From: Promethearchaeota archaeon
GTDB taxonomy: Archaea > Asgardarchaeota > Hermodarchaeia > Hermodarchaeales > Hermodarchaeaceae
Length of the DNA stretch: 64,000 bases
Reading direction: 5' to 3'
Assembly: GCA_048938385.1 (NCBI GenBank)
Contig: JBHLMG010000001.1
Location: 128,001-192,000 of the forward strand
The notes beneath the pieces were generated by a model, which was not told the origin of the DNA, ran no database searches, and saw only the letters and a program-made list of their open reading frames with translations. The position numbers were made by a program, and so were the translations under genes. The number at the start of each line of letters is the position of its first letter. Position 1 is the stretch's first letter. Shown here piece after piece: positions 1-10,032 of this stretch.

Positions 1-477
1 ATTGAGCAAATCGCTGCGCTTGAAGAAGAAATGAAGGTGGCAGAAGACGCGGCGGCTAAAAAGAAAGAAAGCGCTAAGACCCGAACAGAAATTGAAGATT
101 TTCGCCTCCTTATGAATGCGCATCACAACTCAGTGTTGGAATTCGCACGGCTTTCACAAGAGGAAAACCAGCGTATGATAGAAGCATATGCAGAAGTTGA
201 CTCGTTACGAAAACAAGCAGATGAAGCTCACCGTCATTACCTTGCAACCCGAAAAGAAGCAGATGAAACACATCACCAATTTATTGAAGCTAAACAGGAA
301 AACAACCGACTAAGAAAGGAATTGAGCGAAGTTCGTGTTCGTAGGCGTGTAGAAAAACTTCAAGAGATGGAGGAGCGTCTTGAAGAAAAAACTTCAACCG
401 CCTTGGAGAAGTTTAAGCGTGGAGAGCGATTAACGATGGAAGAGTTTTCGCTCTTAATGAAGCGTGGTTTATTATAG
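1..477 (+). CDS. Archaeal coiled-coil protein (COG1340-like), 5' truncated by window edge
   Basis: Open frame from the window start; heptad-rich; C-terminal 'KFKRGERLTMEEF' typical of this family. Confidence 0.65.
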   Translation: MEQIAALEEEMKVAEDAAAKKKESAKTRTEIEDFRLLMNAHHNSVLEFARLSQEENQRMIEAYAEVDSLRKQADEAHRHYLATRKEADETHHQFIEAKQENNRLRKELSEVRVRRRVEKLQEMEERLEEKTSTALEKFKRGERLTMEEFSLLMKRGLL

Positions 478-485
478 GGCTTGAA

Positions 486-917
486 CTACAAGTCAATTGG
501 CAAAACCAAATCTGCTGATTTTTGGAGACCCTGATTTTGAGGGTTTGATGATAAAAGCAACACAACCTCTTTACCGAGTTCTCTTGCACGGCAAATCAAC
601 GGAATGAACTTTTCATTCTCTGTCACAAGGGCTAATATGTCGATTTTTTCGTTATAAACGAGTTCCATGGCTTCGAGGGCAAAGTGGATGTCAAGGTCAC
701 CATGGACGATGATTGGTGTGAATCCCTCTTTGGAGAGCTTTTTTGAATTTTCTAGTGAGTATTTTTGTAACATCACAATCTTTGCTACTTTAACATCTCC
801 AATTTCTTTTAATAGTGGTCGGATGTGAGTTGCAACTGAAAGGATTGAGGGAGATATATTACTATCAATCAGAAGTGCAAGAGGTTTTCCTTTCTTTCGT
901 CGGACCACCACTCTCAC
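486..917 (-). CDS. NYN/PIN-like domain protein (TIGR00288-like), divergent
   Basis: LLIDSN, GDLDIHFALEAMELVY, DILALVT, GKEVV motif spacing. Confidence 0.7.
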   Translation of the reverse strand: MRVVVRRKKGKPLALLIDSNISPSILSVATHIRPLLKEIGDVKVAKIVMLQKYSLENSKKLSKEGFTPIIVHGDLDIHFALEAMELVYNEKIDILALVTENEKFIPLICRARELGKEVVLLLSSNPQNQGLQKSADLVLPIDL

Positions 918-1709
918 CTAATTTCCAAATCGCCTTTCTCGGCGTTGATAAGTTCTAACTGCACGCCAAAAGTCAATCTTACGAATTTCTGGCCAATATA
1001 CATCAGCAAAATACAATTCAGAGTAAGCTGACTGCCATAATAGAAATCCCGACAATCGTTCTTCACCAGAAGTGCGAATGATTAGTTCTGGATCCGCAGT
1101 ACCTGCAGTGTACAAATGCTGTTCGACTGTCGAATCACTAATAATAGCGGGATCTAATTCTCCAGCTCGAACTTTCTCTGCTATTCTTTTGATCGCGTCC
1201 ACAATTTCGGTTCGACCACCATAGCCTATCGCGACATTTAGTTGAAACTTATTATAGTTGGCTGTGACCTCTTCTGCCTTTTTTATTGCTTTTAACAGCG
1301 ATGAGGGAAGCAGTGAAAACTGACCAATAGCTCTTACTCGAACCTGGTGATGGTGGACCACTTCTGACCGGGCAATGGTTTCAAAACGCTCTTGAGCGAG
1401 GTTCAAGATGTGTTGGACTTCCTTCTTGTTTCGGGAGAAATTCTCAGTCGAAAAGGCGTACACTGTAATTACCTTGATTCCCGCCTCAAAACACCAATCG
1501 AGAACCTCTTCCACGCGTTGAGCACCCATAGAATGACCAAAATCTGTATCTTGACCCTGTTCTTTGGCAAATCGGCGGTTTCCATCAAGAATAATACCGA
1601 TATGGGTTGGCATTGGGTTGTCCTTTATTTGGCGCCAAAGATACCACGAGTACAAATGATAAACCGGACCCATTAAATTAGCCACTGTCTTACCCTCGGT
1701 TAGTCCCAA
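918..1709 (-). CDS. uppS: cis-prenyltransferase (polyprenyl diphosphate synthase)
   Basis: HIGIILDGNRR, YAFSTENFSR, IIRTSGEERLSGFLLWQSAYSEL. Confidence 0.95.
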   Translation of the reverse strand: MGLTEGKTVANLMGPVYHLYSWYLWRQIKDNPMPTHIGIILDGNRRFAKEQGQDTDFGHSMGAQRVEEVLDWCFEAGIKVITVYAFSTENFSRNKKEVQHILNLAQERFETIARSEVVHHHQVRVRAIGQFSLLPSSLLKAIKKAEEVTANYNKFQLNVAIGYGGRTEIVDAIKRIAEKVRAGELDPAIISDSTVEQHLYTAGTADPELIIRTSGEERLSGFLLWQSAYSELYFADVYWPEIRKIDFWRAVRTYQRRERRFGN

Positions 1710-1759
1710 AAGCCTGCGTTATATAACCTTTCGTATTGCAATTATTCTATTTGGGTTAA

Positions 1760-2143
1760 TCATCGGTTGAGTTTTTTAGCGATTTTTTTTGCAGCACGCT
1801 CCATATTGATAAAGACTAGTCCTAGACCCGCAAGGGAAGCCGTGTTCGTGCTCACCATTAAAACGGAATCTGGACCTGCCGCCACCATGATAACGGCTCC
1901 TGTTTTCCCTTGAGCAAAAACCTGGTGTAATGCTCCTTTCCTTAAATCTGACGCCGCCCGTTCACCAATAGTAAGCAGTGCAGCGCTCATCGCAGCTAGA
2001 AGCGTCTCGTCGAATTCTTCCGGAAGATTCGCTGCAATAGGAAGCCCATCGACTCCAACTACAACAGCAGCCTCAATCTCGTCTACTGATTCTGTAAGAC
2101 TCTCCAGGATTTTCTCAATTTCAGGAGAACTCGGAATCATCAA
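1760..2143 (-). CDS. Roadblock/LC7 (MglB-like) protein
   Basis: AAVVVGVDGLPIAA, LAAMSAALLTIGERAA, LGLVF. Confidence 0.9.
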   Translation of the reverse strand: MMIPSSPEIEKILESLTESVDEIEAAVVVGVDGLPIAANLPEEFDETLLAAMSAALLTIGERAASDLRKGALHQVFAQGKTGAVIMVAAGPDSVLMVSTNTASLAGLGLVFINMERAAKKIAKKLNR

Positions 2144-2150
2144 GGTTGGT

Positions 2151-2738
2151 CTAACTCGCTGATGCTTTTGCAGATGTCTTAGGGTACAAATGGTACATCA
2201 AGATATCGCGAGTTACCTGTCGAAACGCGCGTTTAACATTTTCTCCTGTAATAGCACAGGTCGTAAAATTCGGAACATTCCCCAACCCCAACTTTGCCAA
2301 CATGATGGAATTATCCATAGCATTGGACAAATCCTGCTTGTTCAGCATAACAACCAAACTAACCGAATGCCCCAGCTCATCGCTTACAAAGGAACGGAGC
2401 TCAGACATACTTTCGATATTCGCCTCCATCTGATCTGGAGACGAGTCCGCCACGAAAATAATTCCATCTACCCCAGTTAGAATTACCTTTCGTTGTCCTC
2501 GATGTCTGCGTTGACCCGCTACAGTGTATACATCAAAGACTACTTGAGCTGTGGCTTGCATTGGAGTATAGTCAAAAAAAAGAGTCCGACCTGTATGATC
2601 TGCCACCGATGTAAATCCGCCTTTTTCAAGCCCTTCAACATTATCATAAATCCAGCGAAGTGCAGTCGTCTTTCCCGACAGTGATGGTCCCCAGAAGACG
2701 ATTTTGAAATGTATTCGACCTTTCGTGTCTTTCTTCAA
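2151..2738 (-). CDS. MglA-like small GTPase
   Basis: G1 GPSLSGKTT, RTLFFDY, TVAGQ, G4 NKQD, G5 CAITG. Confidence 0.9.
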   Translation of the reverse strand: MKKDTKGRIHFKIVFWGPSLSGKTTALRWIYDNVEGLEKGGFTSVADHTGRTLFFDYTPMQATAQVVFDVYTVAGQRRHRGQRKVILTGVDGIIFVADSSPDQMEANIESMSELRSFVSDELGHSVSLVVMLNKQDLSNAMDNSIMLAKLGLGNVPNFTTCAITGENVKRAFRQVTRDILMYHLYPKTSAKASAS

Positions 2739-2784
2739 AGCAGGACGGCTCCTCCTTATTCACGTTGCGCCTATCCCGTCCCCA

Positions 2785-3284
2785 TTAACCCTTCTCTAAT
2801 TCGCCGAGCGCTGCACGCAGCTCTTCTCGCTCTGCGTCAGTCTTACCTGCCGCTACTGCTGGCTTCTCGGCCATGAATTCATCTAATACTTTCGCAAGCT
2901 CCGCCGCGGCTTTCATCATCGTTAAACGAATCATCCCAATGTTTACTTCCTTATCGGTGATTACGCAGAGTACACCTTTTCCTGCACCAGCAGCGAAAAT
3001 CTTGCCATCACCAAACTCCGAAGTCACGATCGTCAGATCGCCTACATCCAAACTTTTTCCCTGCTCTTCGCTAGCGCAGAACACGGCACTTGCAATCGCG
3101 CCTATCCCGTCTACATTTCCGCGTTGTCTAGGTATTAGAGCAACTCAACGGGGTAGTACGAGAATTTTGAAACATGCGCGATAGTAAGACCGGTTCGGTC
3201 AACGAGGATAGTCTTCTTAATTCCTGGTTCGGATTTAATGACATCGGAGAGGATTTCATCAAATTGTCTCACGGTTATTGACAA
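2785..3284 (-). CDS. Roadblock/LC7 protein, 156 aa, split by a 29-nt BHB intron; join(3146..3284, 2785..3116)
   Basis: N-half (ILVDRTGLTIAHVSKFSYYPV) and C-half (VDGIGAIASAVFCASEEQG) lie in different frames; removing 3117-3145 gives 471 nt and ...YYPVDVDGIGA...; TTG start at 3284 inferred. Confidence 0.85.
3117..3145 (-). other. BHB-type intron in mRNA (roadblock gene)
   Basis: CCGU/GCGG 4-bp helix, bulges UG^A and AA^A, inner stem GUUG(C)UCUA/UAGACAAC, outer CUAC/GUAG. Confidence 0.85.
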
Positions 3285-3411
3285 GGCTAATCCCTTTCCA
3301 CCGAGCTTGCGGGAGTTACCATTTGAGGGGCAGCTTATATCTTTTGTGTGGCAGGAGGTGGATGCCAATTGCGTCGATGATGTTCGAGAGAGAACTGTGA
3401 GAGTTGTCGCA

Positions 3412-3699
3412 TCATCCTCGTAGGACGATGAGGATATAATCTTCTTCAGGCGCAACCATGACTTCTCCCTGTGGAGTTGAGATTGTAAGAAAGTTCATTC
3501 CACCTTCGCCAAGTTCGTCGACTACGCGTTTAGCTTTGCCTACTAGTGATGTAACGAGGGCAGAAATAACCTCAGTTTTCTCTGCGTTTAGGTTGGAGCT
3601 GATTGGTAGGCCTTCCATGTTGGTAATGATAACGCCTCGCACTCCTTCGTGTGCACCGAGGCGTTTGAGTGAGTCTTTCAACGCTTTTCCGCCAATCAT
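3412..3699 (-). CDS. Roadblock/LC7 protein (dynein light chain roadblock-like)
   Basis: [32 protein letters not shown]. Confidence 0.9.
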   Translation of the reverse strand: MIGGKALKDSLKRLGAHEGVRGVIITNMEGLPISSNLNAEKTEVISALVTSLVGKAKRVVDELGEGGMNFLTISTPQGEVMVAPEEDYILIVLRG

Positions 3700-3889
3700 T
3701 GTACTCCACGCTCTCTAGCCACTCACTAGAGGTCCCTCATTGAAGTTATAAAAGTTCCCTCTTGTTCGGGGATAACGAAGACTTTTTGAAAAAATCTATT
3801 GAACGGCGCACAGTTTTTAAACAGGTAGACTAAATCCATGGTAACGCAAAAACTCATGCCATCTTCTTCTGGCGTTGGTTGTGGCTTTT

Positions 3890-4255
3890 ATGCTCGGAAA
3901 AAAAGAGGTCGAAGGGGTACTTGCTGAAGTAATGGACACCATTCCAGAACTCGAAGGTATTATTGCTGCTTCAAATACCGGTAAGGTGGTTGCTGGCCAG
4001 ACTCTTCGAGAAATGAATCATGATGCAATTGTTTCAAGTGTAGTTACCCTTCTAAAGGAATCAAAGGCAGTGAGCCAGTCAGTTGATCAGGGTACAGCTC
4101 AAGTAATCTATCTCGAAACCAACAAAGGCTACACTGTAGCAGTAAACACGGCAAAGGCAATAATCGTTGCAATCGCTGGTAAAGACGCTGCCGCCAGCCT
4201 TGGCCTAATAATCCGGAGCCTTCGAGCCTCAGTAGAGAAAATAACAACTAGTTAG
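3890..4255 (+). CDS. Roadblock/LC7 protein
   Basis: LEGIIAASNTGKVVAG, LGLIIRSLR; size and fold pattern; ATG 3890 preferred over TTG 3875. Confidence 0.75.
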   Translation: MLGKKEVEGVLAEVMDTIPELEGIIAASNTGKVVAGQTLREMNHDAIVSSVVTLLKESKAVSQSVDQGTAQVIYLETNKGYTVAVNTAKAIIVAIAGKDAAASLGLIIRSLRASVEKITTS

Positions 4256-4537
4256 ACTCTTTTTCAAAGGGGTTGTGTCACTCAAAGTCTTAATTGATCT
4301 GACTGTGACCCCTCCAATACGGAAAGTTTACATTTCCTGCTTCATGCCTATGTTTGATATTAACTGATCGACCTACTTTCTGAGGATACGCTTTGAATAG
4401 AGTTGACATCGGAAAGTTCGAAGCATACAAATATGTTGTCTAGGTGGTTATTTGAACTTGAAGAAGATCCTTATCACTTCTAAAGGAAGGGTCTTTTAAG
4501 GTAAATAGATAAAAGCAAGTGAATAGGCGTTGTTTGT

Positions 4538-7500
4538 GTGGCTTTCATTCGGCAAATAACAATTCAAGGGTTCAAAAGCTTTAGTCCCCGAAAAACTACG
4601 ATTAATCTCACCCAAGGGTTTACTGCTATTGTTGGTGAAAACGGCTGCGGGAAAAGCAACATCCTAGATGCGGTTTGCTTTGTTTTGGGTCGACTAAGTA
4701 GTAAATCACTTCGTGCTGAGAATTTTGCTTCATTGTTGTTTAATGGAGGAGCAGGCAATTCTCCAGCCAAGATTTGTCGTGTCAGCTTAGTATTTACTAA
4801 CACGGATCGTCAACTTCCCATTGATGCCGATGAAGTCACCATAAGTCGTGAAGTTGATGAAAGCGGAGTGAGTGCCTATCGAATCGGTGGAAAACGCGTA
4901 ACACGCACTGAAATGTTAGACACTATTTCTGTCGCAGGTTTGCATCCTGAAGGTCACAACATTGTTCTGCAAAACGAATTGGCGAACGTCATCAGCATGT
5001 CACCAACGGACATCCGTCAGGTCGTCGAAGGCGTTGCGGGAATTTCCGTCTTTGACGAAAAGAAACAACAAATTGAAGGTGAATTATCAAAGGTTGATCA
5101 GAACCTCCAAATTGTCCAAATGCGCACAGAGGAAATTAGACAAGAATATTCCCGATTAGAGAAAGACAGGCAGGATGCTCTACGATGGCGTGAAATAACA
5201 GAACAAATAGTCGGTTTTGAACGGGATCTTGTTTTTGCTGAACTCATCCGACTTGAACAAAGACTAAACGAGCTTAAAGAAGAATATGCTACCTATTCAA
5301 AAAACATCAAAGAGTTCGAGGCACAGCGGCAAGCTGCCATGGATCGAAGACTAGAATTAGAAGAGGCTGTTCATAACGACGGCGTTCAAATCAAAACCTT
5401 AGATCAACAGCTGCATAGTAATGAAATTGAAATAACCCGGCTCAGAGAAATACTACGAGGACTCCAACTAACATCTGACAAAATTAATCGTCGAGCAGAG
5501 ACTCTTTCTGCCAGCGTACAACATCTAGAATCTCAGAACATAGAGAAAGAAACAGCCCTTTCTGCGCTAGATGAGAACATAAACGAGTTAAAAGCGGTTG
5601 AAGCCACTCTAAAAGAACAGATTTCTCCCCTTCGTACTCGGTTAACCGAACTCTCTGGACAAATTCCTTCACCTGACGCAGAGTATGTGACCTTGCGTGA
5701 TAGAATTTCATCACTAACCGAGAGGATTGAAACCAAGAAAGGCGAATTGGGTGAGTCTCTTGCTCTACAGCGAATCTCTGATAAAGAGATTACTGAGATA
5801 AAAAAACAAATTGACGAAAGCTACGCGGTGTTACCTGAACAGGAACGCACGCTGCAAGAAGCCAAAACTGAACTCCAAAGCATCGAAAAGGAACTCAAAC
5901 TCATCGAGTCAGAACAGGCAGCACTCCAAGAACAACAAAACAAACTCCAATCTTCTGTGCAAGAAAAACAAAAAACTCAAGATGAACTGACTCTTCTCAT
6001 TCAAGCCGCAAAGGAAGAACTCTTAGAAGCCCAAACACGACTTAAGACTATTCAGGAATTCAAAAAGTACGGTCTTACCCGAAAGGCAGCGATCGAAGCC
6101 GTCCTAAAATTTGCTAAAGAAAATAAAATCCCAGGGGTTTATGGAACTCTTGGAAGCTTAGGACAAACATCAACTAAGCATGCTATTGCCCTTGATGTCG
6201 CAGGCGGTGGACGATTAGACTTCATCGTCGTTGACAATGAAAATACGGCCACGAAATGCATTGACCATCTTAAAAAATCTCGAATAGGGCGGGCTACATT
6301 CATTCCTCTAAACTCGATTAAAGCTGACCCCTTTAGGTACAAAGAGAAGCAAAAAGGAGTCATAGGGAATGCGATGGAATTACTCAACTTCAACGAACAA
6401 TTCCGACCCGCCTTTGAATATGTCTTTGGCAGAACCCTGATCGTTAAGGATTTAGAAACTGCGCGGGAAATTCCAGCTTCGGGTGTTCGAAAAATCACCA
6501 TTGATGGTGATGTTGTAGAGCCTAATCGAACTATAACAGGAGGTTACTACAAAGGCGTTTCTTCCTTAACTCTTGAAGAAGAAGCACGGATTCCTGAATT
6601 ACAGAAGAAACTCAAAGAACTACAAAATTTACAGAAAAAAACAGACCAAGAGTACCGTGAATGGAAGGAGCAATATGAGAATCTAGGTGTACAAATTCGT
6701 GAAAAAGAAACAACAATGGAAAAATTACGAGTTGGTAGAGAGCAAGCCTCTGATGTAGTTACGGAGCAAGAAGAAGCGCTCCAAATCTTCAAAGACAGTA
6801 TTGCTAAACTCCATGCCTCGTTAAAGGGTCAAGACGAAGCGAAGAACCTCTTGGAAAAGAAAATACAATCCATACAAACAGAAATGAATGACCTCACGCA
6901 GCAGCGTGAACGCATACAAAAAGAACTCTCTGACCTTGAACGAAGTAGCCTAGATCCAAACTTAACTAACTTACGATCACAACTGGATGAACTCGAAAAT
7001 CAGTTCCGTGATGTGCAGGTTGAATTAACAGAAAAGAGTGGCGAATCTAAAATTACCACCATCGAATTCAACCGTATATCCAAAGACTTAGAAAACACAA
7101 AGAGCGAATTAGAACAGACACAACAAGAACTTGTCCTTAATCAAAAGGAAATCCAAAGAATTCAATTAGAGCTGGCTTCGCTAGAATCGATCAATAGTGG
7201 TTTAGAAGAAAAAATCCAAAACCTTGAAACTGAAATTTCTTCTAATGAAGCTGAGGCGCAACGCCTCAACACTCAGATTGACGAATTCTTTGATACAATC
7301 AATGAAGAAAAAATGAACCAATCTAGGACAGAAGGCCGTATTGAACACTGGGAAGAACGCATTGCTGCTCAAAAGGAAAAAACCCGCGATTTTGAACCGC
7401 CTCCAATACCGGTTGACCCTGCCATGGTTCATAGCATCCGAAGGCAGTTAGCCGATCTTCAACAAGAACGAGAACAACTTGGGCTGGTGAACCAAAAAGC

Positions 7501-8101
7501 CGTTGAACGATTCGAAGAAATCCGACATGCATACGATGAAATTCTAGAAAAGGAACGCCGAATTCGTGAGGAACGCGAAGCTATCCTTGATGCAATGAGA
7601 CGTGCAGAGGAGGAAAAGTTTCGAGTATTCATGGCTGCGTTTTCCAGCATCTCACATAATTTCTCTGATGTATATCAGAAATTAACACAGGGCGAAGGTC
7701 AACTCGAACTAGAAAATCCCGAGAATCCCTTTTTAGGGGGAATTCGTATGCGAGTTCGACCAGCAGGAAAACGGATTCAATACCTCGACGCTCTATCAGG
7801 CGGAGAAAAGGCACTTACTGCCTTGACATTTATGTTTGCTCTGCAGCTCCATCAACCTGCACCATTCTACTTTCTGGATGAAATTGACGAAGCGCTTGAT
7901 CCAAACAATGCCGATCGCGTTGCGAAACTTATTGAGAATTTATCCCGGAACTCCCAGTTCATTATCATATCCCATAACGAAATCACCATACGGCTTGCTA
8001 ATACCTTGTTAGGAGTGGCTATGGCAGATGGAGTTTCCAGGGTTTTCTCTGTAACCTTTGAGGAAGGCCAACTTCTCATTGATGGTAAGGCTACAGCGTA
8101 A
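4538..8101 (+). CDS. smc: Chromosome segregation protein SMC
   Basis: GFKSF, Walker A GENGCGKSN, hinge GRATFIPL, LSGGEK, FLDEID. Confidence 0.97.
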   Translation: MAFIRQITIQGFKSFSPRKTTINLTQGFTAIVGENGCGKSNILDAVCFVLGRLSSKSLRAENFASLLFNGGAGNSPAKICRVSLVFTNTDRQLPIDADEVTISREVDESGVSAYRIGGKRVTRTEMLDTISVAGLHPEGHNIVLQNELANVISMSPTDIRQVVEGVAGISVFDEKKQQIEGELSKVDQNLQIVQMRTEEIRQEYSRLEKDRQDALRWREITEQIVGFERDLVFAELIRLEQRLNELKEEYATYSKNIKEFEAQRQAAMDRRLELEEAVHNDGVQIKTLDQQLHSNEIEITRLREILRGLQLTSDKINRRAETLSASVQHLESQNIEKETALSALDENINELKAVEATLKEQISPLRTRLTELSGQIPSPDAEYVTLRDRISSLTERIETKKGELGESLALQRISDKEITEIKKQIDESYAVLPEQERTLQEAKTELQSIEKELKLIESEQAALQEQQNKLQSSVQEKQKTQDELTLLIQAAKEELLEAQTRLKTIQEFKKYGLTRKAAIEAVLKFAKENKIPGVYGTLGSLGQTSTKHAIALDVAGGGRLDFIVVDNENTATKCIDHLKKSRIGRATFIPLNSIKADPFRYKEKQKGVIGNAMELLNFNEQFRPAFEYVFGRTLIVKDLETAREIPASGVRKITIDGDVVEPNRTITGGYYKGVSSLTLEEEARIPELQKKLKELQNLQKKTDQEYREWKEQYENLGVQIREKETTMEKLRVGREQASDVVTEQEEALQIFKDSIAKLHASLKGQDEAKNLLEKKIQSIQTEMNDLTQQRERIQKELSDLERSSLDPNLTNLRSQLDELENQFRDVQVELTEKSGESKITTIEFNRISKDLENTKSELEQTQQELVLNQKEIQRIQLELASLESINSGLEEKIQNLETEISSNEAEAQRLNTQIDEFFDTINEEKMNQSRTEGRIEHWEERIAAQKEKTRDFEPPPIPVDPAMVHSIRRQLADLQQEREQLGLVNQKAVERFEEIRHAYDEILEKERRIREEREAILDAMRRAEEEKFRVFMAAFSSISHNFSDVYQKLTQGEGQLELENPENPFLGGIRMRVRPAGKRIQYLDALSGGEKALTALTFMFALQLHQPAPFYFLDEIDEALDPNNADRVAKLIENLSRNSQFIIISHNEITIRLANTLLGVAMADGVSRVFSVTFEEGQLLIDGKATA

Positions 8102-8191
8102 TGAAAAGACAGATAATACATCAGTTTATTTAGGATGCGTTATTCAAGGTATTACATATTTTCTAACTGGACAGCGGAGTACGACGGTGCA

Positions 8192-8881
8192 TTGACGGAA
8201 AGTAGCTCGGAACCATTTTGGTTTCATCAACCATGGCGAGTTCTTACAGATATCCTTGATTTACAAAAAATTAGTCCTTGGGAACTAGACCTAGCTGAAC
8301 TTGTTAACGGCTTCATCGGGCGTTTACTTACGGCTGAATATATTGACTTTCGTATTGCGGGTCGTGCGCTGCTCTCTGCTGCCATACTTCTCCGATTCAA
8401 AACTGAATACCTTCTTGAGTTCGGTCGAGAGGAGGAGGAGCTTATCCGTGTAATTGAAGAAGATATTTTTTTACCCCCAATTCGCCCCCCCTTCAGGAAA
8501 AACATTAGGCCAACAACATCTACAGAATTTATAGAGGCGCTTCGGGAACTTGTTTTTCCACCCAAGAAATATTCACGGAAACGCAACAAACTTGATTTCG
8601 CTCCCCCTGTTATTCCTCTGCTTGATGTCTCCCACATCGAACTCACCAAATCCATGAAGAATGTCTATTCTCGACTTTGCGATGCTAGCATCAACGAGAA
8701 CCCCCTCTCGTTTCGTGCTTTTGTCAAAGGAATGACTCATCTGGAAATAATCCGTGCATTTCTAAGTCTTCTTTATCTTATGAGCGAAGGAAAAATCACA
8801 ATCACCCAAGAGCAACAATTTGGTGACATCTTGATCTGGGTGGAAAGACAACTTATAGAGGAGGAATCAGTGGGTGGATGA
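8192..8881 (+). CDS. scpA: Kleisin ScpA
   Basis: ISPWELDL, GRALLSAAILLRFK, FLSLLYL...ITQEQQFGDI; follows smc; start uncertain (ORF from 8135). Confidence 0.9.
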   Translation: MTESSSEPFWFHQPWRVLTDILDLQKISPWELDLAELVNGFIGRLLTAEYIDFRIAGRALLSAAILLRFKTEYLLEFGREEEELIRVIEEDIFLPPIRPPFRKNIRPTTSTEFIEALRELVFPPKKYSRKRNKLDFAPPVIPLLDVSHIELTKSMKNVYSRLCDASINENPLSFRAFVKGMTHLEIIRAFLSLLYLMSEGKITITQEQQFGDILIWVERQLIEEESVGG

Positions 8882-9422
8882 AGAATCTCGGTTAGTCGAG
8901 GCTGCACTTTACATCTCCGGGCGTCCCCTCTCCATTCACGAAATCCAACAGGCAACCCAATTACCCACATTAAAAACAGCTCGGAAAATAGTTCAAGAGT
9001 TAATGGAAGAATATAGTCGTCGGGCTGGAGCTCTCGAAATAGTCCGACTCCCCCACCAACGTTATGTGCTACAATTAAATCCTCAACTCAGTGAAGAAGT
9101 CGGATCCTTAGCTCCACAAGGACTCTTGTCGTTAGGCGAACTCAAAACACTCATCTACATCGCGCTTTCTCAACCGGTTTTACAATCTAATGTGGTGTTG
9201 TATAGGGGTTCACACAGCTACAAACACATCAAAACCCTTGAATCACATGGGTTCGTCGATGCTAAGAAGTTTGGTCGCACAAAGGAACTTACTACATCAG
9301 AGATGTTTGCAGACTATTTTGGTTTTGATTATGAAGTGGATAAATTAAAGGATCAATTGAAAAGAATGATCCGACAGATTCGTATCGAGCAGTCAGAACT
9401 AGCCAAAGCAGCAGAAGAGTAG
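8874..9422 (+). CDS. scpB: SMC-Scp complex subunit ScpB
   Basis: VEAALYISGRPLS, TLIYIALSQPV, TSEMFADYFG. Confidence 0.92.
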   Translation: MDEESRLVEAALYISGRPLSIHEIQQATQLPTLKTARKIVQELMEEYSRRAGALEIVRLPHQRYVLQLNPQLSEEVGSLAPQGLLSLGELKTLIYIALSQPVLQSNVVLYRGSHSYKHIKTLESHGFVDAKKFGRTKELTTSEMFADYFGFDYEVDKLKDQLKRMIRQIRIEQSELAKAAEE

Positions 9423-9535
9423 TCAAGGCAACTAACGCTCCAATAGGCTAGCTAGAATGTCTTCTTCGACATTTTGGAGTTTATATCATCCATTATCTAC
9501 AAAAGAGAAGTGAAAAGAAAATAGAGGCTCCAAGA

Positions 9536-10012
9536 GTGGCACATTTCACCCAATCTCCCCTTATTCAGCAATGCTCTCAAAGCGAACCATCTAAAATATC
9601 ACCACCCGCTGGGCTCTACTCGTTATTCATCCTTCGGGAATCAGGGTGTCCGTTTTATTACCGTTTTTATGAAAGTGACAAGAACCATCCTGATCCTGCA
9701 ATACTTGGCGGATTCTTCATCGCGCTCTCACTATTCGCAAAAGAGGTAACAACAGGGGAACTGGAGACAATAACAACCGGACCCTGTCGGTATACCTTCC
9801 ATCAGTTACGCCAAGGACTGCTTGTGTTGTGTAGTGCAAAGAATTTCAACACCCTAGTACTCAACAAAATTGCTAAACGCATCGCCCAACTTTTTGTTAC
9901 TAAATTTAATGGACGCTTGCTTCAACCCTATTCCGCGGCATCGTATACCCCGGCTTTAGAAAAGCATCTTGACCAAATATTTAGCGAAATAAAATCAAAA
10001 TTTCACCGATAA
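9536..10012 (+). CDS. Longin-like domain protein
   Basis: LFILRESGCPFYYRFY...DPAILGGFFIALSLFAKEV pattern typical of Asgard longin-like proteins. Confidence 0.6.
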   Translation: MAHFTQSPLIQQCSQSEPSKISPPAGLYSLFILRESGCPFYYRFYESDKNHPDPAILGGFFIALSLFAKEVTTGELETITTGPCRYTFHQLRQGLLVLCSAKNFNTLVLNKIAKRIAQLFVTKFNGRLLQPYSAASYTPALEKHLDQIFSEIKSKFHR

Positions 10013-10032
10013 CTTCTGCATCTCTAATTGTC

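Noticed and set aside
4256-4537. Intergenic region with an imperfect hairpin (GGGGTTGTGTCA...TGACTGTGACCCC)
   Set aside because: No recognisable ncRNA motif, ORB repeat or BHB; cannot support a call
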